Shown: piece after piece, positions 13,659-27,216 of the stretch
How positions within the stretch are numbered: position 1 is the stretch's first letter
How the letters are laid out: each line of letters begins with the position of its first letter
Origin: Eledone cirrhosa
Lineage: Eukaryota
Reading direction: 5' to 3'
NCBI GenBank assembly: GCA_964016885.1
Contig: OZ024741.1
Location: 299,522,001 to 299,586,000 of the forward strand
Length of the DNA: 64,000 nucleotides
Notes under the pieces: model-generated
The model's database searches: none
What the model was told of the DNA's origin: nothing
What the model saw: only the letters and a program-made list of their open reading frames with translations
Program-made: the position numbers and the translations under genes

Positions 13659-14803
13659 TGTAAAGATTTACTATATATTAAAAGTAAACATTAGAAGCAA
13701 AATATGCATTTTAAAATATAATTATAATTTCACCTACGGATTTGGTATAATAATGTGGTTTCGCCTAGACAAAGAAATAATTATTAATTAACATAATTAA
13801 TTAATTAATTAATTACCAATAGTTCAAAACATAAAATACCTTTAACAACAAAATGCAAGTGAAATACCATGTATTGTTACATGACTAGACAACAAAAATC
13901 GTTTCTCAATCAAAAGACATACTAATATTATGAATAAATTCCATGTGCTTTTAATTTTAGACAAACGGTTATATGTACATATATATATATATATGAGAAT
14001 AGACCGTTAAAACATGTTTATTTAAAATATCAGCTACGTACGTTTCGCCCGATTGGGATTCTCAAGGGCATAAATAACTAAAAAGTATTCCTTACATGAC
14101 CCGGAATAGGTTTTTAGAGATAAGTTCACGTCAGAGTTCATTCTTCGCAAAAAAAAACGTTTTGATTTTTCAGTAGGTCCAGGGAGATAACTCTGGCCGG
14201 TGTTAGGGCAGTCTTCTCCGGACAAATTGTTATCCGTTACAAGAGGTGGTTACAACCTTACCATTGAGGATACGCACAGGGTCGGGTTTGTAACGTTTGT
14301 TTCGAGACGTTTGTTATATATATATATATGCATCATGTTAAAACGATCAAATTTTAGTTTAGAACATTTAGGGTACATAATTGTTGTTAGTGTCATAGGC
14401 CTCATATGGAGAGTCAGGAATTAAAAAGATGTTCTGCTTGAGAGAACACAATTACAGTCATCACTGGTTTAAAGTGTAAGAGGTATAAGCAAAAAGTAAA
14501 TGCAAAAAAATATGTATATATATACAAATATAAATTTACCGAGAATCGCATTTCGGCGGGTAAAAATTGGCGAAACGCAAATTCTGTATTGTGCAGACAA
14601 GCGCTCCATGGATATGAAGATACCAGAGCTATAAACATAAGTTAAAATGGTCATACAAACTGAGACGATGGTTAAGAAGCCATTAACCACCTTAGCCAAA
14701 AAAGAGAACAAGCTAAACAAAATAAGATATGATTGAAATAGTTACCCGGCCCCCCGGGGAAGATGGAATACTCCGATATATATATATAGTTTTAGACAAA
14801 TGG

Positions 14804-14857
<54 letters not shown>

Positions 14858-14864
14858 CAAATGG

Positions 14865-14934
<70 letters not shown>

Positions 14935-15418
14935 CCATTTGTCTAAAACTAAAAGCACATGGAATCTATTCATAATATTCGGTCTTTGCAGCAAAGAGTT
15001 ACGGCCCTTTATTGTATGAGTTCAAATCCTGCCGAGATTAATTTTGCCTTTCATCCTTACGGGGTCAATAAAATAAAGTACCAGTAATACACTGGAATAA
15101 TTGCTGGCCTTGTGCCAAAAATAGAAACAAATATTAGAATGTCTTTTGATTGAGAGAGGGTTTTTGTTGTCTAGACATGTAACAATACATTTTATTTCAC
15201 TTGAATGTTCTTGTTGAAGCCATGTTATGCTTTGAAGTATTGGTAACTGTGAGTTTACGTCATCTTAATTTATTAATTAATTATCTTAATTAATAATTAT
15301 TTCTTTGTCTAGGCGAAACCACATTATATACCGAATCCGTAGGTGAAATTATAATTATATTCTAAAATGCATATTTTGCTTCCAATGTTTACTTTTAATA
15401 TATAGTAAATCTTTACAC
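13659..15418. repeat. Long inverted repeat, ~315-bp arms (13659-13975 / 14930-15418), right arm interrupted by a SINE
   Basis: TGTAAAGATTTACTATATATTAAAAGTAAAC... and ...TTTTAGACAAACGGTTATA both recur in reverse complement. The inner ends abut (TA)n. Confidence 0.88.
14980..15129 (+). mobile_element. 5'-truncated SINE with AATATT TSD
   Basis: B-box GAGTTCAAATCC and core present. AATATT occurs at 14974-14979 and 15130-15135, but only once in the uninterrupted arm. Confidence 0.85.
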
Positions 15419-15546
15419 CTAAATATAATTTTAGAAGAAAGGAAGCTCTACAAATTATAGGTATTGGTCTATATATAGTATTTGAGGTATGTAATGTATA
15501 ATACGACTGAAAATATCATATTTTCGTCTATTTATATTATATACAT

Positions 15547-15580
<34 letters not shown>

Positions 15581-15702
15581 ATATATATATATGTAGGAGG
15601 TGAGTTTTATTGTAGTACAATAAAGCAATGCAGATATCGGATAAGAAGCACTCTACAGTTTGTAGGACTGGAGTATACATAATATATAAGATCTTTTGTT
15701 CT

Positions 15703-15756
<54 letters not shown>

Positions 15757-15904
15757 TAGTCCTTCATCAGTGATTTTCAAACTATCATTGGTATTTCATC
15801 GCTTTGAAAATCATATACCTCCAGTTGGTGCGAGCAATAGCTAAATAAAGCTATTGGGACAAGTAATATCGCGTAAAGCGAGCGAGACAAGTAAACAAAC
15901 ATAT

Positions 15905-16275
15905 ATTTTTTGTAATTGATCTTTTGAGTGCTTCAACTTTCATGATACTTTGTTTCGTGCGGGGAGACCACAGTGGACCACAGTGGACAACAGTATTCAA
16001 GGTGGGGTCGGGCAAAAGTGGAGAAGAGAAGGATAACAGGGTAGATATCTCTCGACTGGAAAGTTCTGAGAATCCAGGAACACATTCTGCGGGCCATATC
16101 AACTTTGCTGTTTATATGAGTGGCCCAGCTTATGTTGTTGTCCACAATTACTCTCCGGTCTCTGACGTTATTGGATGTCACTAGAGTTTCACCTGAAGGA
16201 AAAGAGTATGGTAGTTTCAGGGCATCATTTTTTCCAAAGTGGATTAAGTCAAACTTATCCTCATTCAACAGCATA
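15905..16275 (-). pseudogene. CR1-like LINE reverse transcriptase C-terminal fragment
   Basis: ORF 15933-16274 (MLLNEDKFDLIHFGK...RPHLEYCCPLWS) is nearly identical to 61880-62170. Confidence 0.85.
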
Positions 16276-16276
16276 T

Positions 16277-16331
<55 letters not shown>

Positions 16332-17009
16332 GGATTTTATTTCTCGCCCTCATCATAATATAATAAAGAGAGAAGTGCGGGACTGTGTTTTGAATATATA
16401 TTTTATACCCTTAGTAAAATAAGTTTATAAATTTAAGATTATTTTGAATAAATAATGAATGAATATTATATAATGTATGTACTAAATTTCGTAACACTTG
16501 TTTAATTACAAATAATGTTATTAGTTATTTCAAGATTCACTTCAATTAAAAGTTTCAATTTCAACACTTCCGGTATATCGCCACCACTACCACCACCACT
16601 TCAACTACCATATATATAGAGAGAGACAGAGTGAGAAGGAAAGAGAGACTGTGTTAAGAGAGAGAGATACAGACAGATAGTGTCTATGTGACAGATATAT
16701 ATATATGGAGAGTCAGTGAAAGAGAAAGATGAATAGATTATGAAGTTTTTCAACACAATCACGTGTATGTGTATGTGTGTACATACATTTATATGTATGA
16801 GTATATAACTAATCGCACAAACACAGACACACTTACAAAAATATACACTCACATACATACATTCACACACAGACATACGCACACATGATAGCGTTCGACA
16901 AATAGGGTAATGTGAGTGTAACATGAAGTATAACGTTTTATTTACTTATTCTTAACAGAGTTTGACTCATTTGTTTTACATGTTTAACTCACAGTCGTAT
17001 AAAAAGTAT

Positions 17010-17088
17010 TATAATTGTTTCTACTTTTGGCACAAGGCCAGCAATTATACCAATGCATTACTGGTACTTTATTTTATCGGCCCCGTAG
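17010..17088 (-). mobile_element. SINE 3' fragment
   Basis: ATAATTGTTTCTACTTTTGGCACAAGGCCAGCAATT...TTTATCGGCCCCGTA matches the family tail and core. Confidence 0.8.
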
Positions 17089-17769
17089 ATGCTTACAGAA
17101 CAAAAACGCAAACAAATATAATATAAACAAAGGAAATGGAAATGGAAAAAAGAAATACACACATTTAGGGCCACTTACAACAATAGGCAGGTGAAATGGG
17201 TGGACAAACGAATAGCTACCAGAGCAGAAGATAACAATATAGCGAGGAGCACTGGGAAACCTCGCTAATAATTTTGATGCAAGCCAGCACGCTTGCAGCG
17301 TTACCTGGGGTGGTGGCGAGGTTAAGGTGCTGGAACAACTAAACACCATCACGAGCTTCATCAGTTATCTCTTTTTGGAAAGTCACCGGTGAAGATGAAA
17401 ACCTCGCTGTCCATGATGTGGGAAAAAAGAGTCACTAACTGTGACGTCTCAGGTAGGGCACTTGTCTCTTGTGCAGGGGCACAGGGTAAGACCGTTAGGT
17501 CCATCAATTCTAACCAACCTAGAGGGTTCTAAAATTGAAGGGATGTTTGCCCGGGCCAAAGCTCATAAGTGCTAATAGGACATTGTGTGTATGTGCACGT
17601 GCTTGAGTTTGTCGACGTTCTTGAATTAGAGACGTGTGTGACACGGTTTATAGGTTAGAGACTTATAGATGTGTGTGTATCCCCTGCCTTCTTTTACACA
17701 CATATCTTCTGACGGACGGATGGACAGTTGTCGCTCAAATGTATACACATGTGAATGGAGTTCCACTTA

Positions 17770-18375
17770 ATCAGGTATAGAAGTTCAAGTATCTCAGGGC
17801 CGTGAGTGAAGGACGGAAGGAGGCTGAATTAAGTGGAAGTATTGAAAAAGCTGATGTAATAATGTACCAGCTTCAGTAATCAGAAGAAAGGAGGTAGGTG
17901 TAAAAACCAAACTCGCTATCTGCCTGGTATTCCTGCCATTCCTTACCAAGGGTCATGAATCGTGGGTAATGACCGAAAGAATGCAATTTCAAATACAAGC
18001 GGCTGAAATGAGGTTCCTCCTAATGATCTTTGGAGTAACATTACTTGATAGACTGTATAGCTCGGAGACTAGAGAGTCACTCCTTTTAGACTCAGTACTT
18101 CTGCGGATTGAGAGATCACAGCTTCGATAATATGAGCATGTGGTTAGAATGTCTCAGGAAAGAATCACTGGACAGATTTTACAGGCAAACCCAACCGGCA
18201 AAAGACCCAAAGGTAGACACTGAGCGCGATAGTTAGATAACATCCATGAGCTTGACTGGTTACACTTTGGGATCCAGCTGAATCAGTTAGAGATGTTTCC
18301 TTCTGACTGACTCGCTGGAAGGAATGTTTGAGAAGGAATCTGCTCCCCGACACTCTCAGAAATAAGTCGGCGAAG
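17770..18375 (+). pseudogene. RTE-clade LINE ORF2 C-terminal fragment, decayed
   Basis: Patchy translation gives KFKYL, GHESWVMTERMQFQIQAAEMRFL, LLRIERSQLR and PTGKRPKGR, typical post-RT motifs of RTE elements. Confidence 0.75.
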
Positions 18376-18498
18376 AAAATATTTTCAATTCACTTTTCAA
18401 TTTACATATTATATCTATATGCACATATATATGCGTATAATACCAATATGCACAATATGCTAGCAGGAAACGGCCCTAAGGGTGGGTCTTCTGCTAGT

Positions 18499-18604
18499 AA
18501 TAATTGTTTCTACTTTTGGCACAATGCCATAATTATCCCAGTGCATTACTGGTGCTTTATTTTATCCAAACCGTAAGGATGAAAGGCAAAGTTAACCTCG
18601 GCGG
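18499..18604 (-). mobile_element. SINE 3' fragment
   Basis: Family tail plus core (AGGATGAAAGGCAAAGTTAACCTCGGCGG). Confidence 0.8.
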
Positions 18605-18625
18605 TAATAATAATAATAATAATAT

Positions 18626-18890
18626 ATTTGGGAACAAATAATCTGTGTTGCATTATATACATATTTAATTACATATTACACATGTTTCACTGTCGATCAG
18701 CTCGAGGAACGACCGATTAATGATAGAACCTTATCCTGGAATCGGAAGCTCCTCAGATATGTGTTCACGGTCTCGGGAGCTCCCAATTCCAGGGTGAGGA
18801 TCGATCGTTCCTGGAGGTGATCGGCAGTGAATTATATGTAATATGTAATTAAATATGTATATGATGCAACACTGATTCTTTGTTCCATTA
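18626..18890. repeat. Fold-back (palindromic) element, ~265 bp, flanked by (TAA)n/(TTA)n
   Basis: GGAACAAATAATCTGTGTTGCAT...GAGGAACGACCGAT pairs with ATCGATCGTTCCTGG...ATGCAACACTGATTCTTTGTTCC. Inner GC-rich hairpin at 18729-18799. Confidence 0.8.
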
Positions 18891-18994
18891 CATATTATTA
18901 TTATTATTATTATTTTTATTCTGCTCCGCATGTGCCCATCGAGTGCTCAACCTGGCATACCATCTATGGACGCAATTAATTTGCATCTCTAATA

Positions 18995-19068
<74 letters not shown>

Positions 19069-19724
19069 CATATATATGTATATTATTCAAAACCATAAAC
19101 TCCGGATGGCACATCCTTTTCTTGATGCGACGCACTTTATTTCTCTTTACATTTTCTGTCAGCAAATCTCAATTGTAACATTATTCCCTTTGGTCAATCT
19201 GACAAATGGTTCCTTTTGTTTCCTTTTATGTTTAATCTAACTGCTTCATTTTACTCCTTGATTACTGATACTGGTTTTTAAAAAAATATCTTTCTTCAAA
19301 TCTATCCATGATCATTTTATCTTTTGTTTCGAAAACGGTACATTATCTAATATGTCCTTTGTAATTGTTTAAAGACAGCAGAGTGTAGTCTGAGAGTGTT
19401 ATCGCTGTTAAGTCTAACATATTCGTTCATAGTGTTACGAAATGTTTATAAACTAAGTCACACAAGCTGTATATAGATAGAATTATCTTATTTCGTATTG
19501 TCTTCCATTAAATAACTAATACTATTCTTATGGTAGGAGTTAATTTTGAAAAAGTGTAACCGGTCTTATCACCGACATCTTGTGCAACACAAATTAATCA
19601 TCCAGCGAAATGTCGACACTTATATCTGTTGACATTTGAAGACATATAAACACACTCACTTGAACACGTTCCTATACTACACCTATATGAAATCAGAAGA
19701 CTTAAATAAAACGGCAGTATTAGC

Positions 19725-19735
19725 AACAGCAGCAA

Positions 19736-19830
<95 letters not shown>

Positions 19831-19835
19831 GCAAC
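19725..19835. repeat. (GTA)n/(GCA)n trinucleotide microsatellite
   Basis: Read directly. It explains the poly-L/V/T ORFs. Confidence 0.95.
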
Positions 19836-21099
19836 AATATAATAATTAGCTGTGGAAGAGTTATATTGAAGAGAATATTGAATGAAATAACTTGAAATAT
19901 ATTTTTCCGTGCTTTTCATTCTGAACTAAAATCCTGCAAGATGAAATGTCCTTTTGAACCTCGCGGGGTTGAACAAATACATTACTGATCTAAGACTGGC
20001 ATTGATTTCATCAACTGTAACCGTCCTTCTACGAAATGTCTGAGCGGCTGCCTAAGTTAGAAACTATTATTTTGGGACTGGGAATAGGTAGCATCTTTAA
20101 AGCTTAGTAGAAAATATCTCGTAGTCAAGTTTTTTCCTTTCATCATTCCGGAATCGATAAAATAATGTGCCCGTTAAGTACTGGAACCAATATTATCGAC
20201 TTCTTCCAATCAATCAAATTGCTTGCCTTGTGCGAATTTTTGATATTTAGTAGATATATTTATTGTATGATGTTATTAAGAAGCGGTACATTTTGCGTGT
20301 GTTAGAGTAGGCAGGAACTGTCTGGTGTTGACACAGGTTATGTTCATATATTTTACCATAGTATGAGATCATTGAAGACTATGAATACTTATAATGAACC
20401 AATTAAATTTGCTAATAATCAGTAAATCTTATACGTATTAATTATTGCTCTTTTCCTTTGACATTTCCGGCAGTTCTTTTCAACTGCATAGTTCAACTTT
20501 TAATCAGTTTAATCGCTCAGAGCTATCTAGTAGTGTCTTTTAATGTCAGAAGTTGCTCTCGGTTATCATTATTTTCTTGTTCTGGGTGGTAAATCGACAG
20601 AATCTTTAAAGCGTCGAAATAGCATCACCCGAAACTACTCCACCTGCACCCCAACTTGCACCGCAACCACCATCGACAAGACCATCAACACTACCATAAT
20701 CATAACCAAACGACAAAACGAAAAAACAAAATCAACAACCAACCACACAGACACCAAACATCGTGCAGAGTAAGAAGGGCCAACTAAGATCTGATGGCTT
20801 ATTATAGAACCAAGTAAAGAAATTGAGAGAGAAGCGGAATATTTTCCTCAAAGTGACACACATCCTAATAATGATGCGAATTGCACCAGAGACATATAAA
20901 ATCATTAGGTTGAGCTACCCGCATGAAGTGGTAATCCCCAATTGAAGATCGACCACTGAGCTTTTAAATGGAAAACCCCCAAAAGGGGCAGCACTACAAA
21001 ATGTATACGTGGAATCTCCCGATATTCAACAGCACCGGGAGGGTAAGTAACACCCCTTTTTTCTGTTAAGTAATCAATCAGCTTAGCTATTACATGAGT

Positions 21100-21545
21100 A
21101 AAATTGATACAGGATCGTGGCCTTGGGTCGTAATGGAAGGAATATCGCTCTCTGAAATGATTGCCGTTCTCTAGCTATTGTTGTGACAGACACCACCGAA
21201 ACCGGGATTGCGACATAAGCACACTATACAGTATTTTTCATGATTATGAGATCTTCGTATCCCTTAGACACACTGGAATAGGAGGTGGCCTGGCAGTGCT
21301 GTTTAGGAAATGCCTAGATATCGAAGTGCAGACGTTCTTCCTAAACACGGACAGTATGTTTGTAGTCCTATGCGTGAACAACGAAGGTGATGCCTTTCGA
21401 CAAATGGCTATCTACGCTTCGACCGGGACTGAAGAGCCGATTTCTTCAATCATCTGCAAGCCTTTCTCGGAACGTCTCGTTCTTTAATATTAGCGGGTGA
21501 CTGGATAAGCATATTGGACGCACGCTGGGATTGTGTGGGTGCAGC
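21100..21545 (+). pseudogene. Apurinic-like endonuclease (APE) fragment of an L1/Tx1-like LINE
   Basis: GGGLAVLFRK...MAIYAS, then in a shifted frame LILAGDWISILDARWDC (GDxN-like APE motif). Confidence 0.6.
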
Positions 21546-21771
21546 ATATATAAGCGGGGGCGGGGTTAATATCAACTCTACTTAGAGTATTGCATCGGCC
21601 TTGTTTTTTTTTTATTTTTTATAAGGTTTCTCGCGCTGTATCTCGTAATATTTCCGTGTTTTTTTGTTGTTGTGTGTAAATACAGTTGTATTATTTTGTT
21701 GAGTGGGGAATATATCATATGTGTCTCGATGTGTATGGCTGTGCCCGGCATTAATTATGTTGCATTATTTT

Positions 21772-22207
21772 GTAATGCACTGGGTAATTGCTGGCCTTGT
21801 GCCTAAAGTAGAAACAATTGTTTTATTAGGTCGATTGGCAGTATCAGTAGAGTCAGACACCATGCTTTGCAGCATAGAGTTACGTCCCTTTATGATCTGA
21901 GTTCAAATCCCACCGAGGTTAACTTTTCCTTTTATCCTTACAGGGTCGATAAAATAAAGCACCAGTAACTTACTGGGGTCGATTTAATTGACTTTCCCCT
22001 CCCCTGAAATTACTGGCCTCGTCCCTATATTAGAAATCATTATTTTGTTAGGTATAGAGTTACGGCCTTTGCCATTCTGTGTTCAGATCCCGCCGAGGTT
22101 AACTTTGCCTTTCATCCTTATGAGGTCGATAAAATAAAGTACCAGTAATCTACTGGGTGTTTGCTGGCCATGTGTCAAAAGTAGAAACAATTATTTTGTT
22201 AGGTATA
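21772..22207 (+). mobile_element. Cluster of three head-to-tail SINE copies
   Basis: Tail fragment at 21772-21825, full copy at ~21830-22045, and a truncated copy at 22057-22189 with 18-bp TSD ATTATTTTGTTAGGTATA (22039-22056 / 22190-22207). Confidence 0.88.
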
Positions 22208-22289
22208 ATAATTTAATCATATATATAATATTTTAGAGCATATGATGTGTGAGTTGTGTTTTATTATAGAGGATGTACGGTAGGTGTGA

Positions 22290-22690
22290 AAATTATTAAC
22301 TTTGTATCGTCCTACTAACTGTGCTACCTTTTGGGTAGTGCGCAAGTAGCATCGTGATCCCTTGTAAGGCTTCCATGCTTTGTACATATTTTTACCTAAT
22401 GCTCCTATTATCAGTAGAACTGTTTTACCTTCGTGCCTCACATCCGTCCTATTTTGATCGTTGTATTTTGACAAATTGTACACTTCTTTTCAAGCAATAC
22501 TTTGACCAGCAATAGTATGCATGTATTCATATCTAGTTCTGGATTTTGATAATTAGTTGTTAGATACATCTCCTGAATCGATTATGTTTGTGTGTATACA
22601 TTCCGACGTGTCAAGAATTGGACAAACAATAATAATGCAGTCAACTGTCTCATTCTGCAGGTTGTAAATTCTGCCTTTAGTGATAGGATT
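22290..22690 (-). pseudogene. Decayed non-LTR retrotransposon C-terminus (CCHC knuckle + restriction-like endonuclease)
   Basis: Minus-strand patches KGRIYNLQNETVDCIIIVCPIL, SKY.D and KTVLLIIGALG resemble REL-endonuclease non-LTR elements. Confidence 0.5.
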
Positions 22691-22699
22691 TGCGTTCAT

Positions 22700-22810
22700 A
22701 TCCCGCCGAGGTAAATTTGCCGTTTATCCTTACGAGATCGATAAAATAGAGTACCAGTAATGCACTGGAATTATTGGTGGCCTTGTGCCAAAAGTAGAAA
22801 CAATTATTAT
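22700..22810 (+). mobile_element. SINE 3' fragment
   Basis: TCCCGCCGAGGTAAATTTGCC...GGCCTTGTGCCAAAAGTAGAAACAATT. Confidence 0.8.
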
Positions 22811-22849
22811 CATTATATATGCATACATGTAAATATGCTTACATATATA

Positions 22850-22957
<108 letters not shown>

Positions 22958-23012
22958 CCACACATATATGCTCACATACACACACTCACACACGTATATA
23001 TGCATATACATG

Positions 23013-23071
<59 letters not shown>

Positions 23072-23075
<4 letters not shown>

Positions 23076-23957
23076 ATAATAATAAATTTGAAGACTAAAA
23101 TCCAAAGAGGGCTCGATAAGGATAGATATATATCAAATATATAAGAACCGTAGAGCAAATATTTATTAAAATAACAGATTAAAGTTTAAGCAAAGAATCG
23201 CTGCTTTCACCCTTAACGGGATCTTCTGAAAATAACAAAGTCAATCTGTGAATGCAGAACGGGAAAAAACGAATATAATACGTCATTATTTGGAGCGGTG
23301 AAAAACAATTACACGCAAAGACAAAAGAAGTCGTAGACTAATATTCTATTTGGTGGTTCATAGAGACATTTTCTGGCAATGAACGGAAAAAACGAAGATA
23401 ATACGTCATAAGTGGACCGTGGAGAACAATTGCACGCAAAGACAAAACCACGTAAATGGTATATCTGAAGTCGTAGACTAAAATTCCAACTAGGAAACCG
23501 AATGATTCTCGGCTTCAGAGTTAAGAATAAAGTAAATAAAATACAGAGGTAATTGAAATTAAATAAATACAAACACGCATCCATATACGTACATACACAA
23601 GCATACGCCAAAACACTCGCCATAGGTATACAAATACACGTACGTACACAATAACCCCCCCCCCCCAAAAAAAAAAAACTCCCGCACGCACATGCAGAAC
23701 CCACGCAACGCCTGTACCCGCACGCATACGAACGTATACAGCAAATACAATATTAATAATAACATTCGATTCGTTTGCAATTTTGCAAACAAGTCTCAAT
23801 TTTATAGCCATGTCAGGAGAATGAACACTTCATTCTTGCCCTTACGTTGGCATGCGAACATAAGAGCAAGAATGAAGTGTTCATTCTCATGACATGGCTA
23901 TATAATTGAGGCTTGTTTGCTAAATTGCAAACGAATCGAATGTTATTATTAATATTC
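23072..23957 (-). mobile_element. Probable Penelope-like element 3' remnant ending in a ~205-bp palindrome
   Basis: Flanked by (TA)n. Same family as 58150-58737. Near-perfect palindrome at ~23749-23956. The minus strand gives NEVF..S*HGYKLRL, resembling the PLE endonuclease C-terminal E...CRH..K..L motif. Confidence 0.55.
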
Positions 23958-24027
23958 GAAAAACTTAGATTACATTTATTGTATTCAGCCATGTACAGCG
24001 ACATTTTCTTTTTTATATATATGCATG

Positions 24028-24136
<109 letters not shown>

Positions 24137-24185
24137 CTATGTATATATATATGAATATTTATCTATATATGTATATATATCTCTC

Positions 24186-24322
<137 letters not shown>

Positions 24323-24342
24323 GTATATATATCTATCTATCT

Positions 24343-24633
24343 AGGGCGGGTAAAATTCTCGAGATCCATGGACGAGTTTTCTCCAGCGGTCTCTGTCCCT
24401 CATTATCACTGCGATGTCCTACGTCTCCAAGAGACTAGTGTCTGTCCTTACAGCATGAACATATGTTAACCTCGGTCTTTCTCTTCCATACCGATCTCAA
24501 GCTGTGGAACGCCGCCCAGGCTCTGCTCTTCCTCTCGACCACATCATCTTCCGTATTCCCAATCTTTGCTGCCAAATACGGAAAGTCCTCAACCAATTCT
24601 AGCGGCTACCCGCCTACATTAGTAATTTTCTCT
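24343..24633 (-). pseudogene. RTE-clade LINE 3' fragment with internal deletion
   Basis: Minus strand: [10 protein letters not shown]...[17 protein letters not shown] joined to RPRLTYV...[11 protein letters not shown]. It runs into an (ATAG)/(TA) tail. Confidence 0.7.
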
Positions 24634-24644
24634 GTATCTATGTG

Positions 24645-24690
<46 letters not shown>

Positions 24691-24731
24691 TATACATATA
24701 CATATATATTTGTTAATATATTTATATATAC

Positions 24732-24765
<34 letters not shown>

Positions 24766-24838
24766 GCCGGACCGGCAACCGCTCTTTCAAACCAGTTCCT
24801 GTACACAGCTAAGTATTCTATAAGTCTCTAGCTGTGTC

Positions 24839-24927
24839 ATTCTCGATAAAAGCACTGGATATGTAGTCCTGATGATTTCTAACGAGAATGAAACGCGTAG
24901 ATTACTTCCCTTGCTTTTATCGAGAAT
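24839..24927 (+). ncRNA. Minimal type I hammerhead ribozyme with extended stem I
   Basis: GTAGTC-CTGATGA-tTTCT aacg AGAAt-GAAAC-GC-GTA-GATTAC. Palindromic stem III ACGCGT. Outer perfect 16-bp stem ATTCTCGATAAAAGCA/TGCTTTTATCGAGAAT. Confidence 0.85.
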
Positions 24928-25025
24928 CTAATTGTAATACGTGACGTATTCTATTCTATAGCGATTAGGTCTTCAAAATGTTTATTATAAACATACAGAA
25001 TATTTTCGAATATTCTATGTCTATA

Positions 25026-25074
<49 letters not shown>

Positions 25075-25109
25075 GATATATTAACAAATGGAAACTATAT
25101 TTATAAAAC

Positions 25110-25187
25110 CATATTTATTTCATTATACATATTTCAAGGACACCAAGTTAAATTATGGTGTGCTTTCATCAGATAAAATATAATATA
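25110..25187 (-). ncRNA. Minimal type I hammerhead ribozyme
   Basis: Minus strand: TATATTATATTTTAT-CTGATGA-AAGcACACCA..TGGTGTcCTT-GAAAT-ATGT-ATA-ATGAAATAAATATG. Stem I is 8+6 bp with one bulge. Homologue of 28651-28729. Confidence 0.75.
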
Positions 25188-25399
25188 GATCAGTTTTATA
25201 AATAAATATTGACATACCTTTAAAGAATGCGACCATGTCTGTTGGTAGCTCCCGGATAGAGGGGTTATTAAATTTATTTAGTCTATTATGCAAATTAGTG
25301 TCGGATATGTTTAAATCACAGTAGATTTAAAATAAGCCGTTGGTGTATGGAAAAAGGCAAAGAAATGAAAGAGAAATAAAGAGAAAAAAGATATAAGTA

Positions 25400-25447
<48 letters not shown>

Positions 25448-25911
25448 TGCATTAATCTGTTACCGTATATAATATACGAAGTCTTCCAAACATTAAATAA
25501 ACTATACAGGTAAACATATCTTTTAAAATATATCTATTTCTATATAGAGGCATACTTACATGTACAATGATATGAAATGTATACTTGCATTAAGATGGTT
25601 TCATGTTTATATTTATACCTTTACCTATTATCTGGCTTATCTATTAAAGGCTTGACTATGTTAAAAACAATTTCAACTTTACATCATTTAACATTAGTAT
25701 GTTTATAAAATTGTTTATCTATGAACACACACCAGACATATATTCTCAACACAGACACTAAATATATCTAGGTCCATTAGGGAAACACCACAAACACACT
25801 CACACAGACACAGACACAGACACACAGACGCACAAACAGCCACACACAGCCACACACACACAGACACCCCCACACACACATGCACACACACCCCCACATA
25901 CACCACACCCA

Positions 25912-25951
<40 letters not shown>

Positions 25952-26295
25952 TATATATATTTATATATACACATTAATTAGATTATGTGTTAATTTCTCA
26001 CCGACAATTTACTATGCAGGGTAGAGCACTCGAAGAAGGATAGACGTGGGTTCGTTTACCCGGGAGTATAGTTATAATCATGAAGTACAAGACAACAGGT
26101 CATAATTCACTTCGTTGATTCATAATAGCTGTTATCTATATATTAGTGATAACCCCATTGCAACAGTTATGACCTCATCAGACAGCTGGAAGTTGAACAG
26201 AAAAAAACACAAAGAAGAAATAAAGCTTACTTTTGTTGTTTCGATTCATTGATGTGCCCGGGGCTGGGAGTGTATATATATATATAAATATATAA

Positions 26296-26422
<127 letters not shown>

Positions 26423-26764
26423 TTATAATTGAATATAAAATGAGCATAAATTGGTAATTCTATTCACAATTAATTTTGGGAAACAACACCAAGTTGTCTG
26501 GGTGATTGGTAGTTACCACAATTCCGGTTTGTATTTATTTTCTTGATTTTTTCTTAAATTGAAACAAGCAAACCCAATTGTCTATAGTTAGTATTCTTTT
26601 CACCTGAGCGAATCTGGTCCCTTACGATTTGAACGCATATATTTATTTTTCCTTGTTCGTTTTCCTTTTATATTCAATTATAATATACGGCTCGGAAATA
26701 TCTCTTTCTCCGAGCTATTTTGTTGTAAGAGACTATTTTGAGTTCCTAACTCAATATATATCTT

Positions 26765-26933
<169 letters not shown>

Positions 26934-27216
26934 CAAATAACGAAACGAAATTAAATTTCGTTTCGTTTGTAACTCACTTTTGTATGACTGACGCTTAAAC
27001 AATTAAGTTAAAGATGTACATCCATATATGTATACTGAAATACTAGTATGTATATGAATACACACACGTATACATATGTAGATGTACCAAGTTTTTTTTC
27101 ACTGGTCACTTTACTGTGAGTGGCCAGCTATTCTGTATGTAAACACACAGACAAACCGGTTTTTAGAGTCATACTGGTTTTTGAGGAAACACCTTTCCTC
27201 TATTCACCAGAAAGCC

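Noticed and set aside
19598-19919. Poly-Leu signal-peptide-like or poly-Thr mucin-like ORFs
   Set aside because: Fully explained by the (GTA)n/(GCA)n repeat.
26095-26190. Minus-strand CTGATGA followed by an AGGTCATAA/TTATGACCT stem
   Set aside because: No GAAA after the stem.
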